64,000 nt of DNA from an uncultured Pelagibacteraceae bacterium (GTDB taxonomy: Bacteria > Pseudomonadota > Alphaproteobacteria > Pelagibacterales > Pelagibacteraceae): contig CABYFG010000004.1 of assembly GCA_902518185.1 (NCBI GenBank), positions 30,198 through 94,197 of the forward strand. The letters run 5' to 3'. Within the stretch, counting starts at the first letter, position 1. The number at the start of each line of letters is the position of its first letter. The translations under genes were made by a program, and so were the position numbers. Below are positions 50,731-61,851 of this stretch, in pieces. The notes below the pieces were generated by a model that worked only from the letters and a program-made list of their open reading frames with translations, was not told where the DNA came from and did no database searches.

Positions 50731-53307
50731 ATGAACTTGGTCATTGTAGAAAGTCCAGCTAAAGCCAAAACTATCAATAAATATTTAGGTGATAATTATA
50801 AAGTATTAGCTAGTTATGGGCATATTAGAGATTTACCATCTAAAAATGGTTCTGTTGATCCTGATAAAGATTTCAAGATGGAATGGGAGATTGATAGCTT
50901 TTCAAAAAAATATCTTAAAGAAATTACAGACGCAGCCAAAAATTCTTCTAAAATAATATTAGCTACCGATCCTGATCGTGAAGGAGAGGCAATAGCATGG
51001 CATGTAAAAGAGTATCTAAGTGAAAAAAAACTTCTTAAAGATAAAGAAATAGAAAGAGTTGTTTTTAATGAAATTACAAAGAAAGCAGTAATTCATGGCA
51101 TTGAAAATCCAAGACAAATTGAACCGCTTTTAGTTGATGCTTACATGGCTCGAAGAGCCTTAGATTACTTAGTTGGCTTTAATATTTCACCAATATTATG
51201 GACAAAACTTCCAGGCTCTAAATCTGCGGGTAGAGTTCAATCGGTAGCTTTAAAGTTGATAACTGAAAGAGAACATGAAATTGAATCCTTTAAGCCAGAA
51301 GAATTTTGGACTTTAAGTGTCAAATTTAAAGATGAAAAAAATCAAAATATCCTTGCAAGTATTAGTCAACTAGATAACAACAAAATTGAAAAATTCTCTT
51401 TTAGAAATAAAGATGAGATTAATAAAGCTGTATCAAGTATCAATCAAAAAAAATTTAGTATTACTGAAATATCAAGTAAAGTGGTAAATCGTAATCCATC
51501 AGGACCATTTACTACATCAACTCTTCAACAAACAGCTTCAAGTCGATTAGGGTTTGGTGCATCAAGAACTATGCAAATTGCTCAAAAACTTTACCAAGGA
51601 GTAGAAATTGAGGGAGAAACTATTGGTTTGATAACATATATGAGAACAGATGGTACTAATTTATCAAAAGATGCTGTTGTGGCTTTTAGAGATTATATTA
51701 AAAAAGAAATCGGTAATGAATATTTACCTGAGAGTGCTTTAAATTACTCTGGTAAAAAGGCAAAAAATGCGCAAGAGGCACATGAAGCAATAAGACCCAC
51801 AGATGTTATCAGAACTCCCGAAAGTGTAAAAAAGTATCTGAGTACAGATCAAAATAAACTTTATGATTTAATATGGAGTAGAGCTTTATCTTCTCAAATG
51901 CAATCTGCTAAATTTGATAGAAATACTATAACGATTACATCAAGTAATAATGATACGGTATGCAAAGCAAGTGGATCAGTTCTCAAATTTGATGGATTTT
52001 TAAAGATTTATAATAATCAAGTTAAGGATGATGATGAAAACATTCTACCTTCTGTGTCTAAAGGACTTGTAAATATTGAGTCCCTAATAGATGAACAGCA
52101 TTTTACACAACCTCCTCCAAGATATTCTGAGGCTAGTTTAGTAAAAAAACTAGAGGAATTAGGAATAGGAAGGCCATCTACTTATGCAAGTATAATTTCT
52201 ACAATAGCAAATAGAGGTTACGCAGAGATATTGAATAAAAGATTTTTTCCCACAGATAGAGGAAAACTTATATCAGCATTTCTTGAAAAATTGTTCTCAA
52301 AATATGTGGATTATAATTTTACTGCTGGCTTAGAGGATCAATTAGATGAGATTACAACTGGTAAAGAAAGCTGGATAAAAGTTTTGGAGCTGTTCTGGAA
52401 AGACTTTAATAGTAATGTGGCTGAAGTTAAGGAAAAAAGAACAAGAGAGGTCTTAGATTTATTAAATGATAGTTTGGGAGATTTGGTGTTCGATAAGGAT
52501 GATAAAGGAAATATTGTAAGAAAGTGTCAATTATGTAATTCAGGAACACTAAGTTTAAAAAATAGTTTTAGGGGAGGTGCGTTTATTGGTTGTTCAAATT
52601 ATCCTGAATGTAAATTTACAAGACCTTTGTCTAAAGCTAAAGCAGCGGCACAAGCACAATTAGCTGAACCAAAATTTATTGGGAAACACGAGAACGGCAA
52701 TGATATATATCTTAAAAATGGAAGATTCGGTCCATATTTACAATATGAAAAAATTCCAGAAGATATAGAAATTGACAAAACACCAAAGAAAAAAAGGAAA
52801 ACAAAAAAACTTAAATCGGATGTAAATGAACTTTTAAAAAATATCTCTATTCCAAAGGGTTTAGAACTAGAGAGTATAGATTTAGAAAAAGCGCAATTTT
52901 TATGCTCACTGCCAAAATCTTTAGGAATAAATCCTGATAATCAAAAAGAAATTACTTTAAACACTGGAAGATTTGGTCCTTACCTAAAGTGTGAAAATAA
53001 ATCAGCTCGAATAGAAAATATTGAGGAAATTTTCTCTATTGGTTTAAACAGAGCCATAACTTTAATTGCTGAGGCTAAACCAGGGAGAATGTCTTCTTCG
53101 ATGATTAAAAATTTAGGTGAACACCCAGAGGATAAAAAGCCAGTTAGAATTATGAAGGGACAATATGGTCCATATATCAAATATAAATCTCTAAATGCGA
53201 CAATACCAGAGGAAAAAGATCCTATGGAACTCACAATGGAGGAGGCATTAATATTGATTGAGAAAAGGAGAGAATACGATAAAAATAAAAAGAAAAAAAA
53301 AAAATAA
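50731..53307 (+). CDS. topA: DNA topoisomerase I (type IA)
   Basis: LVIVESPAKA, DPDREGE, SAGRVQS, LITYMRTD, one Zn ribbon, three C-terminal G(R/Q)(F/Y)GPY repeats, Lys tail. Confidence 0.98.
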   Translation: MNLVIVESPAKAKTINKYLGDNYKVLASYGHIRDLPSKNGSVDPDKDFKMEWEIDSFSKKYLKEITDAAKNSSKIILATDPDREGEAIAWHVKEYLSEKKLLKDKEIERVVFNEITKKAVIHGIENPRQIEPLLVDAYMARRALDYLVGFNISPILWTKLPGSKSAGRVQSVALKLITEREHEIESFKPEEFWTLSVKFKDEKNQNILASISQLDNNKIEKFSFRNKDEINKAVSSINQKKFSITEISSKVVNRNPSGPFTTSTLQQTASSRLGFGASRTMQIAQKLYQGVEIEGETIGLITYMRTDGTNLSKDAVVAFRDYIKKEIGNEYLPESALNYSGKKAKNAQEAHEAIRPTDVIRTPESVKKYLSTDQNKLYDLIWSRALSSQMQSAKFDRNTITITSSNNDTVCKASGSVLKFDGFLKIYNNQVKDDDENILPSVSKGLVNIESLIDEQHFTQPPPRYSEASLVKKLEELGIGRPSTYASIISTIANRGYAEILNKRFFPTDRGKLISAFLEKLFSKYVDYNFTAGLEDQLDEITTGKESWIKVLELFWKDFNSNVAEVKEKRTREVLDLLNDSLGDLVFDKDDKGNIVRKCQLCNSGTLSLKNSFRGGAFIGCSNYPECKFTRPLSKAKAAAQAQLAEPKFIGKHENGNDIYLKNGRFGPYLQYEKIPEDIEIDKTPKKKRKTKKLKSDVNELLKNISIPKGLELESIDLEKAQFLCSLPKSLGINPDNQKEITLNTGRFGPYLKCENKSARIENIEEIFSIGLNRAITLIAEAKPGRMSSSMIKNLGEHPEDKKPVRIMKGQYGPYIKYKSLNATIPEEKDPMELTMEEALILIEKRREYDKNKKKKKK

Positions 53308-53308
53308 A

Positions 53309-53533
53309 ATGACAAAAAAAATAATTATTACTTTAACAATGTTATTCCTCTGCAGTCCAATATTTGCTGGTACAGAAGATTGTAGTAAATTTAGTAAACT
53401 TTCTAAGGATTTTCTTGAATGTCAGAAAGATAATTTAAAGAAAAGAAGTGATGACTCTGGATTGACTGGCACTGTAAGCAATTTTAAATCAAGCAAAACA
53501 TTATCTGATTTTTTTAAAAAAAATAAAAAATAG
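53309..53533 (+). CDS. Small secreted hypothetical protein (74 aa)
   Basis: MTKKIIITLTMLFLCSPIFA signal peptide; 1 nt after topA and 2 nt before the Rid gene. Confidence 0.7.
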   Translation: MTKKIIITLTMLFLCSPIFAGTEDCSKFSKLSKDFLECQKDNLKKRSDDSGLTGTVSNFKSSKTLSDFFKKNKK

Positions 53534-53535
53534 TA

Positions 53536-53997
53536 ATGTCTTTTGATAAAAGAATTGAAGAATTAAAAATATTACTCCCAGAAGCAAAATCACCCGTAGG
53601 GGCATATATTGCAACAAAGATAATTGGAAAACTACTTTTCATTTCAGGACAAATTTCAATATCATCTACAGGTGAATTAATTAAAGGTAAAGTTGGCAAA
53701 GACCTTTCTACAGAAGAGGGTTATAAAGCTGCAGAAAGATGTGGTTTAGGAATAATTGCACAAGTTAAAAAGGCATGTGGTGGAAACCTGTCTAAAATTA
53801 AATCATGCATTAAATTAACTGGTTACGTGAACTCTACCGAAGATTTTATTGAGCAACCAAAAGTTATTAATGGAGCCTCAGACCTAATGGCTTCTATATT
53901 TGGGGAACATGGTATGCATACTAGAGCTGCTGTTAGCTCAAATAGTCTGCCCCTTGGAGTGGCTGTTGAGGTTGACGCTATTTTTGAATTAAACTAA
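53536..53997 (+). CDS. RidA/YjgF family protein (long Rid1-like type)
   Basis: PVGAY, ISGQ, KLTGYVNS, PKVINGASDL, HTRAAV..LPLGVAVEVD. Confidence 0.9.
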   Translation: MSFDKRIEELKILLPEAKSPVGAYIATKIIGKLLFISGQISISSTGELIKGKVGKDLSTEEGYKAAERCGLGIIAQVKKACGGNLSKIKSCIKLTGYVNSTEDFIEQPKVINGASDLMASIFGEHGMHTRAAVSSNSLPLGVAVEVDAIFELN

Positions 53998-53998
53998 A

Positions 53999-55297
53999 TT
54001 ATCTTCCAATACCAAAATAATTAATCTTATTATTAAGCATTTTATTTAAGTTGTATATATTTCTCAAATCAAAAATTTTAAAATTTTTTTTCTTTACAAG
54101 TTTTTTAAAATTAAGAAATTTGAACTCATTCCATTCTGTGTGTATAATTATCAAATCTGATTTAAAACAAGCTGAGGACAAATCGCTACAAAAACTGACA
54201 TTTTTCAGATTTTTAAATTCTTGTTTTATACCTGTAGGGTCATAATACCTTATTTTCGCACCTTCTCTTTGAAGACCTGGTATCATTAATAAACTTGATG
54301 CCTCTCTCATATCATCCGTGTTAGGTTTAAAAGTAACACCCAAAAAAGTAATATTTCTGTTTCTAATTTTACCTTTTAAAATTTTTTTAACTTTTTGAAG
54401 TAAAATTTTTTTTCTATTTTCATTTGATTTTATAACTGTCTTCACTATAGAAAGATTAATATTAAATTTTTTTGCCAGATCAACTAGTGCCTTGGTGTCT
54501 TTAGGAAAACAAGAGCCTCCATAAGCTGGTCCTGCCCTCAAAAATCTATCACCAATTCTTTGATCTAATCCCATTCCAAATGAAATATCTTTTACATCTA
54601 CTTCTGCTTTTTCACATAAATTTGCCATTTCATTAATGTATGCAATTTTGGTAGCCAGAAAAGCATTAGATGCATATTTAACTAATTCAGCTCCTTTTCT
54701 TGAGGTGCTAAAATAACGACTATTTCTTTTTATAATTGGTAAATATAATGACTTCATAATTCTATTTGCTTTTTTACTATTAGTACCAACAACTACTCTA
54801 TCTGGATAAATAAAGTCTCGAATAGCTTCTCCCTCTCTTAAAAATTCAGGATTAGATACAACATCAACTAATCTTTTTGAATTTTTAAAATTTAGAATTT
54901 TCTCAATTTTATCTCCTGTAGAAACAGGAACAGTTGATTTGGTAACAACAATTTTATAACTTTTGATATATTTTTTTAATTGTTTTGCTACTTGAAAAAC
55001 ATATTTTAAATCTGCTGAATTATTATTTTTTTTTGTTGGTGTACCAACACAAATAAAAATTATATCTGCTTTTTCCACTCCTTTTCTTAAGTCTGAAGTA
55101 AAGAAAAGTCTTTTTTGAGTAAAATTTTTTTTTAATATCTCATGGAGACCAGGCTCGTAAATTGGAACTTTCCCTTGGTTTAATAAATCAATTTTATTTT
55201 TGTTATTATCAACACAATAAACAACATTACCTAAATCAGAAAAACATACCCCGGATACAAGACCAACATAACCTGCGCCTATCATACAAAGCTTCAT
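53999..55297 (-). CDS. ugd: UDP-glucose 6-dehydrogenase
   Basis: GAGYVGL, FICVGTP, SNPEFLREG, GGSCFPKD, FKPNTDDMRE. Confidence 0.95.
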   Translation of the reverse strand: MKLCMIGAGYVGLVSGVCFSDLGNVVYCVDNNKNKIDLLNQGKVPIYEPGLHEILKKNFTQKRLFFTSDLRKGVEKADIIFICVGTPTKKNNNSADLKYVFQVAKQLKKYIKSYKIVVTKSTVPVSTGDKIEKILNFKNSKRLVDVVSNPEFLREGEAIRDFIYPDRVVVGTNSKKANRIMKSLYLPIIKRNSRYFSTSRKGAELVKYASNAFLATKIAYINEMANLCEKAEVDVKDISFGMGLDQRIGDRFLRAGPAYGGSCFPKDTKALVDLAKKFNINLSIVKTVIKSNENRKKILLQKVKKILKGKIRNRNITFLGVTFKPNTDDMREASSLLMIPGLQREGAKIRYYDPTGIKQEFKNLKNVSFCSDLSSACFKSDLIIIHTEWNEFKFLNFKKLVKKKNFKIFDLRNIYNLNKMLNNKINYFGIGR

Positions 55298-56112
55298 ATT
55301 CTAGAAATCTCTTTTGATGATCTAATATATCCATGCATAGTACCACAATCCAGATACTTACCTTTAAAATTATGTCCAATAAATTTATGCCCATCTATAA
55401 TTAATTGTCTAATTGTATCCGTTATATGTATTTCACCTCCCTTACCTTTTTTTTGATACTTTAAATTACGAAAAATTTGTTTTGGCAAAATATATCTTCC
55501 AATTACTGCATTATTTGATGGAGCTTTATCTATTTCTGGTTTTTCAATAACATCTTTAATATAAAAATTTTCTTCATCCAAATTTTTTTCTTTCAGAAAT
55601 ATTCCCCATCTGTTAACTGTTTTTTTTGGAACTTTCATGCTAGCAATCACTGAGCAGTCTTTTTTTCTATTATGAATAGAAATCATTGCTTTAGAGCAAT
55701 TCTTTTTAATTATTAAATCATCAGGTAATAACATTAAAAAAAATTTATCTTTTATATAACTTTTTGTTTTTAAAACAGCATCACCTGTGCCTAATGGTTT
55801 ATTCTGATAAACAAACCTTATCATTTTTTTATATTTTTGAATTTTCTTATATTCCTTAATTATTCTATTGTCTTTTTTCTTTTTCATAATTTTTTTATAA
55901 AAATTATCATTAAAAAAATAATTTTTAATTAATTTCTTTTTGGTAGATATTATACAAATGACTTCTTTTATTCCTGCTTCAATACATTCATCTAATATGT
56001 ACTCAATACCAGGCTTACCATTCATGGGTAAAAGTTCTTTAGGAAAAACACTTGTTAAAGGTAACAATCTAGTGCCTAAGCCAGCTAATGGAATAATTGC
56101 TTGTTTAATCAT
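55294..56112 (-). CDS. galU: UTP-glucose-1-phosphate uridylyltransferase
   Basis: AGLGTRLLP..PKELLP, QNKPLGTGDAV, LPDD, EKP, GEIHITD, DCG. Confidence 0.92.
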   Translation of the reverse strand: MIKQAIIPLAGLGTRLLPLTSVFPKELLPMNGKPGIEYILDECIEAGIKEVICIISTKKKLIKNYFFNDNFYKKIMKKKKDNRIIKEYKKIQKYKKMIRFVYQNKPLGTGDAVLKTKSYIKDKFFLMLLPDDLIIKKNCSKAMISIHNRKKDCSVIASMKVPKKTVNRWGIFLKEKNLDEENFYIKDVIEKPEIDKAPSNNAVIGRYILPKQIFRNLKYQKKGKGGEIHITDTIRQLIIDGHKFIGHNFKGKYLDCGTMHGYIRSSKEISRI

Positions 56113-56146
56113 TTAAATGTTTTACTTATTAAAATGTTTTATACAA

Positions 56147-56959
56147 ATGAAAATTTTATTAAATAATAATGATTTAAATGAGGCATTAGGTAAAGTCACA
56201 AATCTTGGTTTTGTGCCAACTATGGGAAGCCTACATAAAGGTCACATATCGCTAATAAAGAGATCATTAAAGGAATGTAAATATACTATAGTTAGTATAT
56301 TTGTTAATCCATATCAATTTAATAATAAAAACGACTATAAAAATTATCCAAGAAATATCAAAAAAGATTTATATATTTTAAAAAATTTAAAAACTAATTT
56401 TGCTTTTGTACCCAGTAAGAAAGTAATTTACTCATCAAATGTGATATCAAAAAAAAGAATCAATAAAAATGACCAAATTTTATGCGCAAAATTTAGAAAA
56501 GGTCATTTTGAAGGTGTTTTAGAAGTTATGGACCGTCTAACCAAGTTAATTAAGCCAAGTAAAATTTATTTGGGTAAAAAAGATTATCAGCAACTTTACT
56601 TAGTAAAAAAATTTATAGAAAGAAAATATCAGAGTAAAATAATTACTTGTGAGACAATAAGAGATAAATATCACTTAGCCTTATCTTCAAGAAATTTTCT
56701 TTTAAGAAAAAAAGATCTTTTTAAAGCTAGATTTATATCTAAAAATCTAAAAATTTTTAAAAAAAAATTAGTAAAAAAGGAGAATATCAATGACTTAATT
56801 ATAAAAAAAAAAAGAGAGTTGAGTATTAATCTTAAAATTAATTTTGATTATTTAGAGTTGAGAAATCTTAAAAATTTAGAATTATCAAAGAAAATAACAA
56901 ACTCAAATATTTTTTATGCTTACACAATAAATGGTATTAGATTAATTGATAATTTATGA
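56147..56959 (+). CDS. panC: Pantoate-beta-alanine ligase
   Basis: FVPTMGSLHKGH, SIFVNP.QF, GHFEGV, KDYQQ, ALSSRN, RLIDN; ATG 56147 preferred. Confidence 0.94.
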   Translation: MKILLNNNDLNEALGKVTNLGFVPTMGSLHKGHISLIKRSLKECKYTIVSIFVNPYQFNNKNDYKNYPRNIKKDLYILKNLKTNFAFVPSKKVIYSSNVISKKRINKNDQILCAKFRKGHFEGVLEVMDRLTKLIKPSKIYLGKKDYQQLYLVKKFIERKYQSKIITCETIRDKYHLALSSRNFLLRKKDLFKARFISKNLKIFKKKLVKKENINDLIIKKKRELSINLKINFDYLELRNLKNLELSKKITNSNIFYAYTINGIRLIDNL

Positions 56960-56962
56960 AAT

Positions 56963-58336
56963 TTATAAGAAGTACGCACCAACACCTAAAAAGGATACAA
57001 AGCCAATAACATCTGTAATTGTTGTCACAAAAACGCTTGAAGCAATAGCAGGATCAATATTCATCTTTTTTAAAGTCACCGGTACTAAAATACCAAATAA
57101 TCCGGCGACTACCATGGTTAATATCATTGAGATCGAAATAATTAATGAAAGTTGTATATCTTGAAACCATAATTGAACAATAAAAGAGCTTATAACAGCA
57201 AAAATAACTCCATTTAAAATTCCGATATTAAACTCTTTAAAAATATTTTGGTTAAAATTATTTTTTGTAAGATCATTTGTAGCTAATGTTCTAATTGTGA
57301 CAGCAAGTGTCTGCATTCCTGCATTACCACCCATAGATGCAACAATTGGCATTAAAAAAGCTAATACTACCATTTGTTCAATTGTTGCTCCAAATAAACT
57401 TATGCAATAAGTTGCAAGAAATGCTGTAAAAAGATTTAATAATAACCAATTAAATCTTCTTTTTGTTTTTGTAAAAACACCATCAGTTATTTCCTCATCT
57501 CCAACCCCAGCTAATCTTAATGTATCTTCCTCTGCCTCCTCTTTTAATACAGTCAATACATCATCAGCAGTAATCATTCCTACTAATTTATTATTTTTAT
57601 CTACAACACAAGCTGAATTAAGATTATAATTCTCAAATATATTACCAACTTCCTCCTTATCCATGTCGACAGGAACCAAGAAGGTTGAGTCATCCATAAT
57701 AGAGGACATTTTTGTTTCTCTTGGTGTTCTTAAAACTTTGGATGAGGGCACTATACCAACAGGTTTGAAATTCTCATCAACAATGTAAATTTCTAGGAAT
57801 TGCTCAGGAAGATCTTTGTTTTCTCTCAAATAGTCAATAGTTTGTCCAACTGACCAATTACTAGGGATAGCGGTGAATTCTCTTTGCATTATTCTTGCAG
57901 CACTATCCTCTGGATAACTTAAGCCCTCTAGTAATGCAAAACGGTCTTTTGGTGGCAAAGCAGATAAAATAGAATTTTTATCTTTTTCTTCTACATTTTC
58001 AAGAATAGCTATCGCATCATCAGACTCTAAATTTTTTAATATTCTTACAATTGCATCTGACGAAAGATATTTAATAATTTCAGATTGAACAGACTCATTC
58101 AATTCAACAAAAACTTCTGGATCGATCTTAAAATTATTTAACTTTATTAAATTCTCTCTATTATCTATCTCTAAATGTTCTATTATATCTGCCGCATCGG
58201 CAGGATGCATTTCCTTAAATGAATTAGTAATAAATAAAGCATCATTATTAGCAATTTTATCAGTAACAACTTTGATATATTCTTTATTGAATTCAAAATT
58301 TACTTTTTTATCTTTGATTTTTTTAATTAAAGTCAT
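56963..58336 (-). CDS. mgtE: Magnesium transporter MgtE
   Basis: MHPADAAD, CBS pair, MPIVASMGGNAGMQ, DPAIASSVFVTTITD. Confidence 0.97.
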   Translation of the reverse strand: MTLIKKIKDKKVNFEFNKEYIKVVTDKIANNDALFITNSFKEMHPADAADIIEHLEIDNRENLIKLNNFKIDPEVFVELNESVQSEIIKYLSSDAIVRILKNLESDDAIAILENVEEKDKNSILSALPPKDRFALLEGLSYPEDSAARIMQREFTAIPSNWSVGQTIDYLRENKDLPEQFLEIYIVDENFKPVGIVPSSKVLRTPRETKMSSIMDDSTFLVPVDMDKEEVGNIFENYNLNSACVVDKNNKLVGMITADDVLTVLKEEAEEDTLRLAGVGDEEITDGVFTKTKRRFNWLLLNLFTAFLATYCISLFGATIEQMVVLAFLMPIVASMGGNAGMQTLAVTIRTLATNDLTKNNFNQNIFKEFNIGILNGVIFAVISSFIVQLWFQDIQLSLIISISMILTMVVAGLFGILVPVTLKKMNIDPAIASSVFVTTITDVIGFVSFLGVGAYFL

Positions 58337-58396
58337 AAATATACCTTTTACTAAGTGGGATCTTTTAATACATAATAAAAAGATTACAATTTTTAA

Positions 58397-59017
58397 ATGA
58401 ATATAGAGATTAAAAAGTCAAAAAAACCAATAAAATACAGCGATGCTATTAAGCTTATGGAAGAAAGATTATTAAAATTACATGAAAATAATTCTGCAGA
58501 ATTAATATGGACCTTGGAGCATGATCATATTTATACGGCAGGATCAAGTTATAAAGAAAACGAAATTAAAGATAAATCTATCAATATTATTAAAACTAAT
58601 CGTGGGGGTAAAATAACCTATCATGGACCAGGACAATTAATTTGCTATTTTGTAATCGATCTTAAAAAAAGAAAAAAAGATATAAGAAATTTTATATCAA
58701 TTATTGAAAAATCTATTATTGAAACTTTGAAAATGTATAAAATTCAATCATTCAGTGACAAAGATAATATTGGTATTTGGTATAAAGAAAATAATAAAAT
58801 TAAAAAAATCGCTGCCATCGGTGTAAGAGTAAGTAAATGGATTGCCTATCATGGATTTTCAATAAACATTGATAATGAGTTAGAAAGGTACGATGCAATA
58901 GTACCTTGTGGTATTAAAGACAAAGGTGTAACTAATTTAAAAAAGATAATTGACCAAGATTATAAAGAATTTGAAAAAAATTTAGTAAATATTTTTATGT
59001 CAAATTTAAATAGTTAA
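58397..59017 (+). CDS. lipB: Lipoyl(octanoyl) transferase
   Basis: [35 protein letters not shown]. Confidence 0.96.
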   Translation: MNIEIKKSKKPIKYSDAIKLMEERLLKLHENNSAELIWTLEHDHIYTAGSSYKENEIKDKSINIIKTNRGGKITYHGPGQLICYFVIDLKKRKKDIRNFISIIEKSIIETLKMYKIQSFSDKDNIGIWYKENNKIKKIAAIGVRVSKWIAYHGFSINIDNELERYDAIVPCGIKDKGVTNLKKIIDQDYKEFEKNLVNIFMSNLNS

Positions 59018-59912
59018 GCCTTTTTGTATTTAAAAGATTTTTGAAATAATCTGGAATTAAAGCTCGATAAGTATACTTCTTATCTTTTATCATAAATCTT
59101 AATTCATATGAATGGAGCATTAGATTTTTATTTAATCCTTTCGAAAATGAATAATTTTTATATTTTTTATCACCGTATATTGAATGTCCAATATTAAATA
59201 ATTGTTTTCTTAATTGATGTTTTCTCCCTGTAATAGGTTTCATTTCGACTAAACTTGCGTTTGAATTCTTGTCAATTACTTTATAAAAAGTTTTGGCAAT
59301 TTCGAAAATTTTTTTTCCATTTTCATATTTAACTAATTTATCATTCCATTCCCCCGAATTTTTTTCCAATTCACCATGACATATTGCTAAATAAGTTTTA
59401 TGGACTTTTCTTAATCTAAACAAAGAAGTAAGAAGCTGAGCAGTTTCTCTATTCTTTGCAATAATAAAAACACCAGAGGTTTCTTTATCGAGTCTATGAA
59501 CGGTAAAAGGTTTGTTATCTTTAAAAATTTCACTTTTTGAAAAAATATCAATTAAATTTTTTTTAGATTTTGTGCCACCTTGTACGGGAATACCTGCATT
59601 TTTGTTTATTACTAAAAAGTCTTTATTGTTATCAATAATTAATTTTTCATTAGATTTTATAATTTCACTAGAAGGTATAAATTTTATCTTTTTACTGTGA
59701 ATTCTTTCTTCAAACTTAAAATTAAAAAAATTAATTTTATCTTTAGTTTTTATTTTAAAAGAGCTTTTAATTTTTTTGTTATTTATCTTAATTTTTCCAG
59801 ATCTTAAACTTTTTTCAATAAGACTTTGGGGTATTTTACCAATATTATTTCTCAACCATCTATCAATACGCATGTTATTATGATTTGAATCAACCACAAA
59901 ATATTTATTCAT
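58995..59912 (-). CDS. rluC: RluA/RluC family pseudouridine synthase with S4 domain
   Basis: [38 protein letters not shown]. Confidence 0.88.
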   Translation of the reverse strand: MNKYFVVDSNHNNMRIDRWLRNNIGKIPQSLIEKSLRSGKIKINNKKIKSSFKIKTKDKINFFNFKFEERIHSKKIKFIPSSEIIKSNEKLIIDNNKDFLVINKNAGIPVQGGTKSKKNLIDIFSKSEIFKDNKPFTVHRLDKETSGVFIIAKNRETAQLLTSLFRLRKVHKTYLAICHGELEKNSGEWNDKLVKYENGKKIFEIAKTFYKVIDKNSNASLVEMKPITGRKHQLRKQLFNIGHSIYGDKKYKNYSFSKGLNKNLMLHSYELRFMIKDKKYTYRALIPDYFKNLLNTKRLNYLNLT

Positions 59913-59928
59913 TATTTATAAGATAATT

Positions 59929-60369
59929 TTAAGCAGTTGCTAATTTTTTTTCTTCTTTTTTTTCAGCTTCTTTCTGATCTTTCTTTTTTTTATCAACTTT
60001 CTTAGCCTCAAGATCCCTATCTACAAACTCTATGATTGCCATAGGTGCGTTATCACCATATCTAAAACCAGCTTTAATAATTCTTGTATAGCCTCCACTT
60101 CTTTTTTCATATCTTTTTGATAAAGTCTTTTTAACTTTATTGGCAGATTTTAAATCTTGAAGCTTTGAAGCTAAAAGTTTAGAAGTCTGTAAAGTATTTT
60201 TTTTTCCTAACGTAATAATTTTATCAGCTTGTGGTTTAAGAAATTTTGCTTTTGGTAAGGTAGTTTTTATTTGTTCATATTTTATCAAAGAATTAAGCAT
60301 ATTTTTTAATAAAGCTTTTCTGTGTTCTGAAGTTCTATTAAGTTTTTTATTAGCCATTCCATGTCTCAT
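59929..60369 (-). CDS. rplQ: 50S ribosomal protein L17
   Basis: [28 protein letters not shown]. Confidence 0.98.
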   Translation of the reverse strand: MRHGMANKKLNRTSEHRKALLKNMLNSLIKYEQIKTTLPKAKFLKPQADKIITLGKKNTLQTSKLLASKLQDLKSANKVKKTLSKRYEKRSGGYTRIIKAGFRYGDNAPMAIIEFVDRDLEAKKVDKKKKDQKEAEKKEEKKLATA

Positions 60370-61397
60370 TAAATGGCCTCCTCCAATTTTTTTGACATCT
60401 CTGCAATATTATCTGGAGGCCAATTAGGAATTTCCATTCCTAAATATAAGGACATTCCAGTTAAAACCTCTTTAATTTCATTTAATGACTTTCTCCCAAA
60501 ATTTGGGGTTCTTAACATCTCTCCCTCTGACTTCTGTACAAGGTCCCCTATATAAATAATATTATCATTTTTTAAACAATTCATTGATCTCACTGATAAC
60601 TCTAATTCGTCGACCTTTCTTAATAAGTTTTTGTTAAACTCTGGTTCAGTGGAAACTTCTTTAACAGGAGCCTCGACTGGCTCATCAAAATTAATAAACA
60701 TCTTTAGCTGATCTTGAAAAATTCTAGCTGAATAAGCAACAGCATCTTCTGCAGATATTGATCCATTAGTTTCAACTTCTAAAGTTAACTTGTCATAATC
60801 TAAAGCTTTTCCCTCTCTAGCAGTGCTAACAGAGTATGAAACTTTTTTTACAGGGCTATATAAGGAGTCTATTGCTATTAGACCTAGAGGTGGTTCCTCA
60901 GGTTTATTTAGTTCTGCTGGCACATACCCTTTTCCGGTATTAACATTCATTTCAACATGAAAATTTGTATTTTCATCTAAATTGCAAATTACTAGGTCTG
61001 GATTTAATATTTTCACATCTGCGACTGGAGTAATATCAGAAGCTTTAATTTCTCCAGGTCCTTTTGCATCCAAAACAAGTTTTTTTGTTCCCTCTGTAGC
61101 ACATTTTAAAGCCAATGATTTTATGTTTAAAACAATATCTGTAACATCCTCTCTAACACCTTTTATTGAAGTAAATTCATGTAATACACCATCTATTTGG
61201 ATCGATGTAACTGCAGCACCTCTGATTGATGACAAAAGAATTCTTCTTAATGAGTTTCCTAAAGTTAAACCATAACCTTTTTCTAAAGGTTCAGCGATAA
61301 TAGTTGCTTGTGTTAAGTCATCACTAATTTTCACATCAAGCTTAGTAGGTTTGATAAGTGATTTCCAATTTTTAATGTTTACATTTTCAGTTTCCAT
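60369..61397 (-). CDS. rpoA: RNA polymerase alpha subunit
   Basis: [45 protein letters not shown]. Confidence 0.99.
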   Translation of the reverse strand: METENVNIKNWKSLIKPTKLDVKISDDLTQATIIAEPLEKGYGLTLGNSLRRILLSSIRGAAVTSIQIDGVLHEFTSIKGVREDVTDIVLNIKSLALKCATEGTKKLVLDAKGPGEIKASDITPVADVKILNPDLVICNLDENTNFHVEMNVNTGKGYVPAELNKPEEPPLGLIAIDSLYSPVKKVSYSVSTAREGKALDYDKLTLEVETNGSISAEDAVAYSARIFQDQLKMFINFDEPVEAPVKEVSTEPEFNKNLLRKVDELELSVRSMNCLKNDNIIYIGDLVQKSEGEMLRTPNFGRKSLNEIKEVLTGMSLYLGMEIPNWPPDNIAEMSKKLEEAI

Positions 61398-61849
61398 TAA
61401 ACTCTCCTTTTTTTTGGTGGTCTTGTACCATTATGTGGCATTGGTGTAGTATCTTTGATTGATAAAATTCTAAATCCCCGAGCTTGCAAGGCTCTTAATG
61501 CGGTTTCTCTTCCAGAACCAGGTCCTTTTACCTCAACAGATAAAGTTTTCATTCCATATTCTAAAGCTTTAGAAGCTGCCGCATCAGCAGCTATTTGTGC
61601 TGCATAAGGCGTCGATTTTCTTGAACCTTTAAAACCTTTTTGGCCAGCAGATGCCCAAGATATTACATTTCCATTAGTATCAGCAATCGAGATGATAGTA
61701 TTATTAAATGTCGATTGAACATATGCAATACCGTTTAAAATATTTTTTTTAATTTTCTTTTTTTTTGAATATGAGCTTTTATTAGATTTGTTTGATACCT
61801 TTTTTTCAACTTTTTGATCACTTGTCATATTTTTTTCAATTTTTGCCAT
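61397..61849 (-). CDS. rpsK: 30S ribosomal protein S11 (Lys-rich N-terminal extension)
   Basis: [33 protein letters not shown]. Confidence 0.98.
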   Translation of the reverse strand: MAKIEKNMTSDQKVEKKVSNKSNKSSYSKKKKIKKNILNGIAYVQSTFNNTIISIADTNGNVISWASAGQKGFKGSRKSTPYAAQIAADAAASKALEYGMKTLSVEVKGPGSGRETALRALQARGFRILSIKDTTPMPHNGTRPPKKRRV

Positions 61850-61851
61850 AA

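Noticed and set aside
53285-53308. A12 tract at the topA 3' end as a slippage site fusing TopA to the downstream ORF
   Set aside because: It encodes a normal Lys-rich tail, and the downstream ORF has its own ATG and signal peptide, so a fusion is implausible
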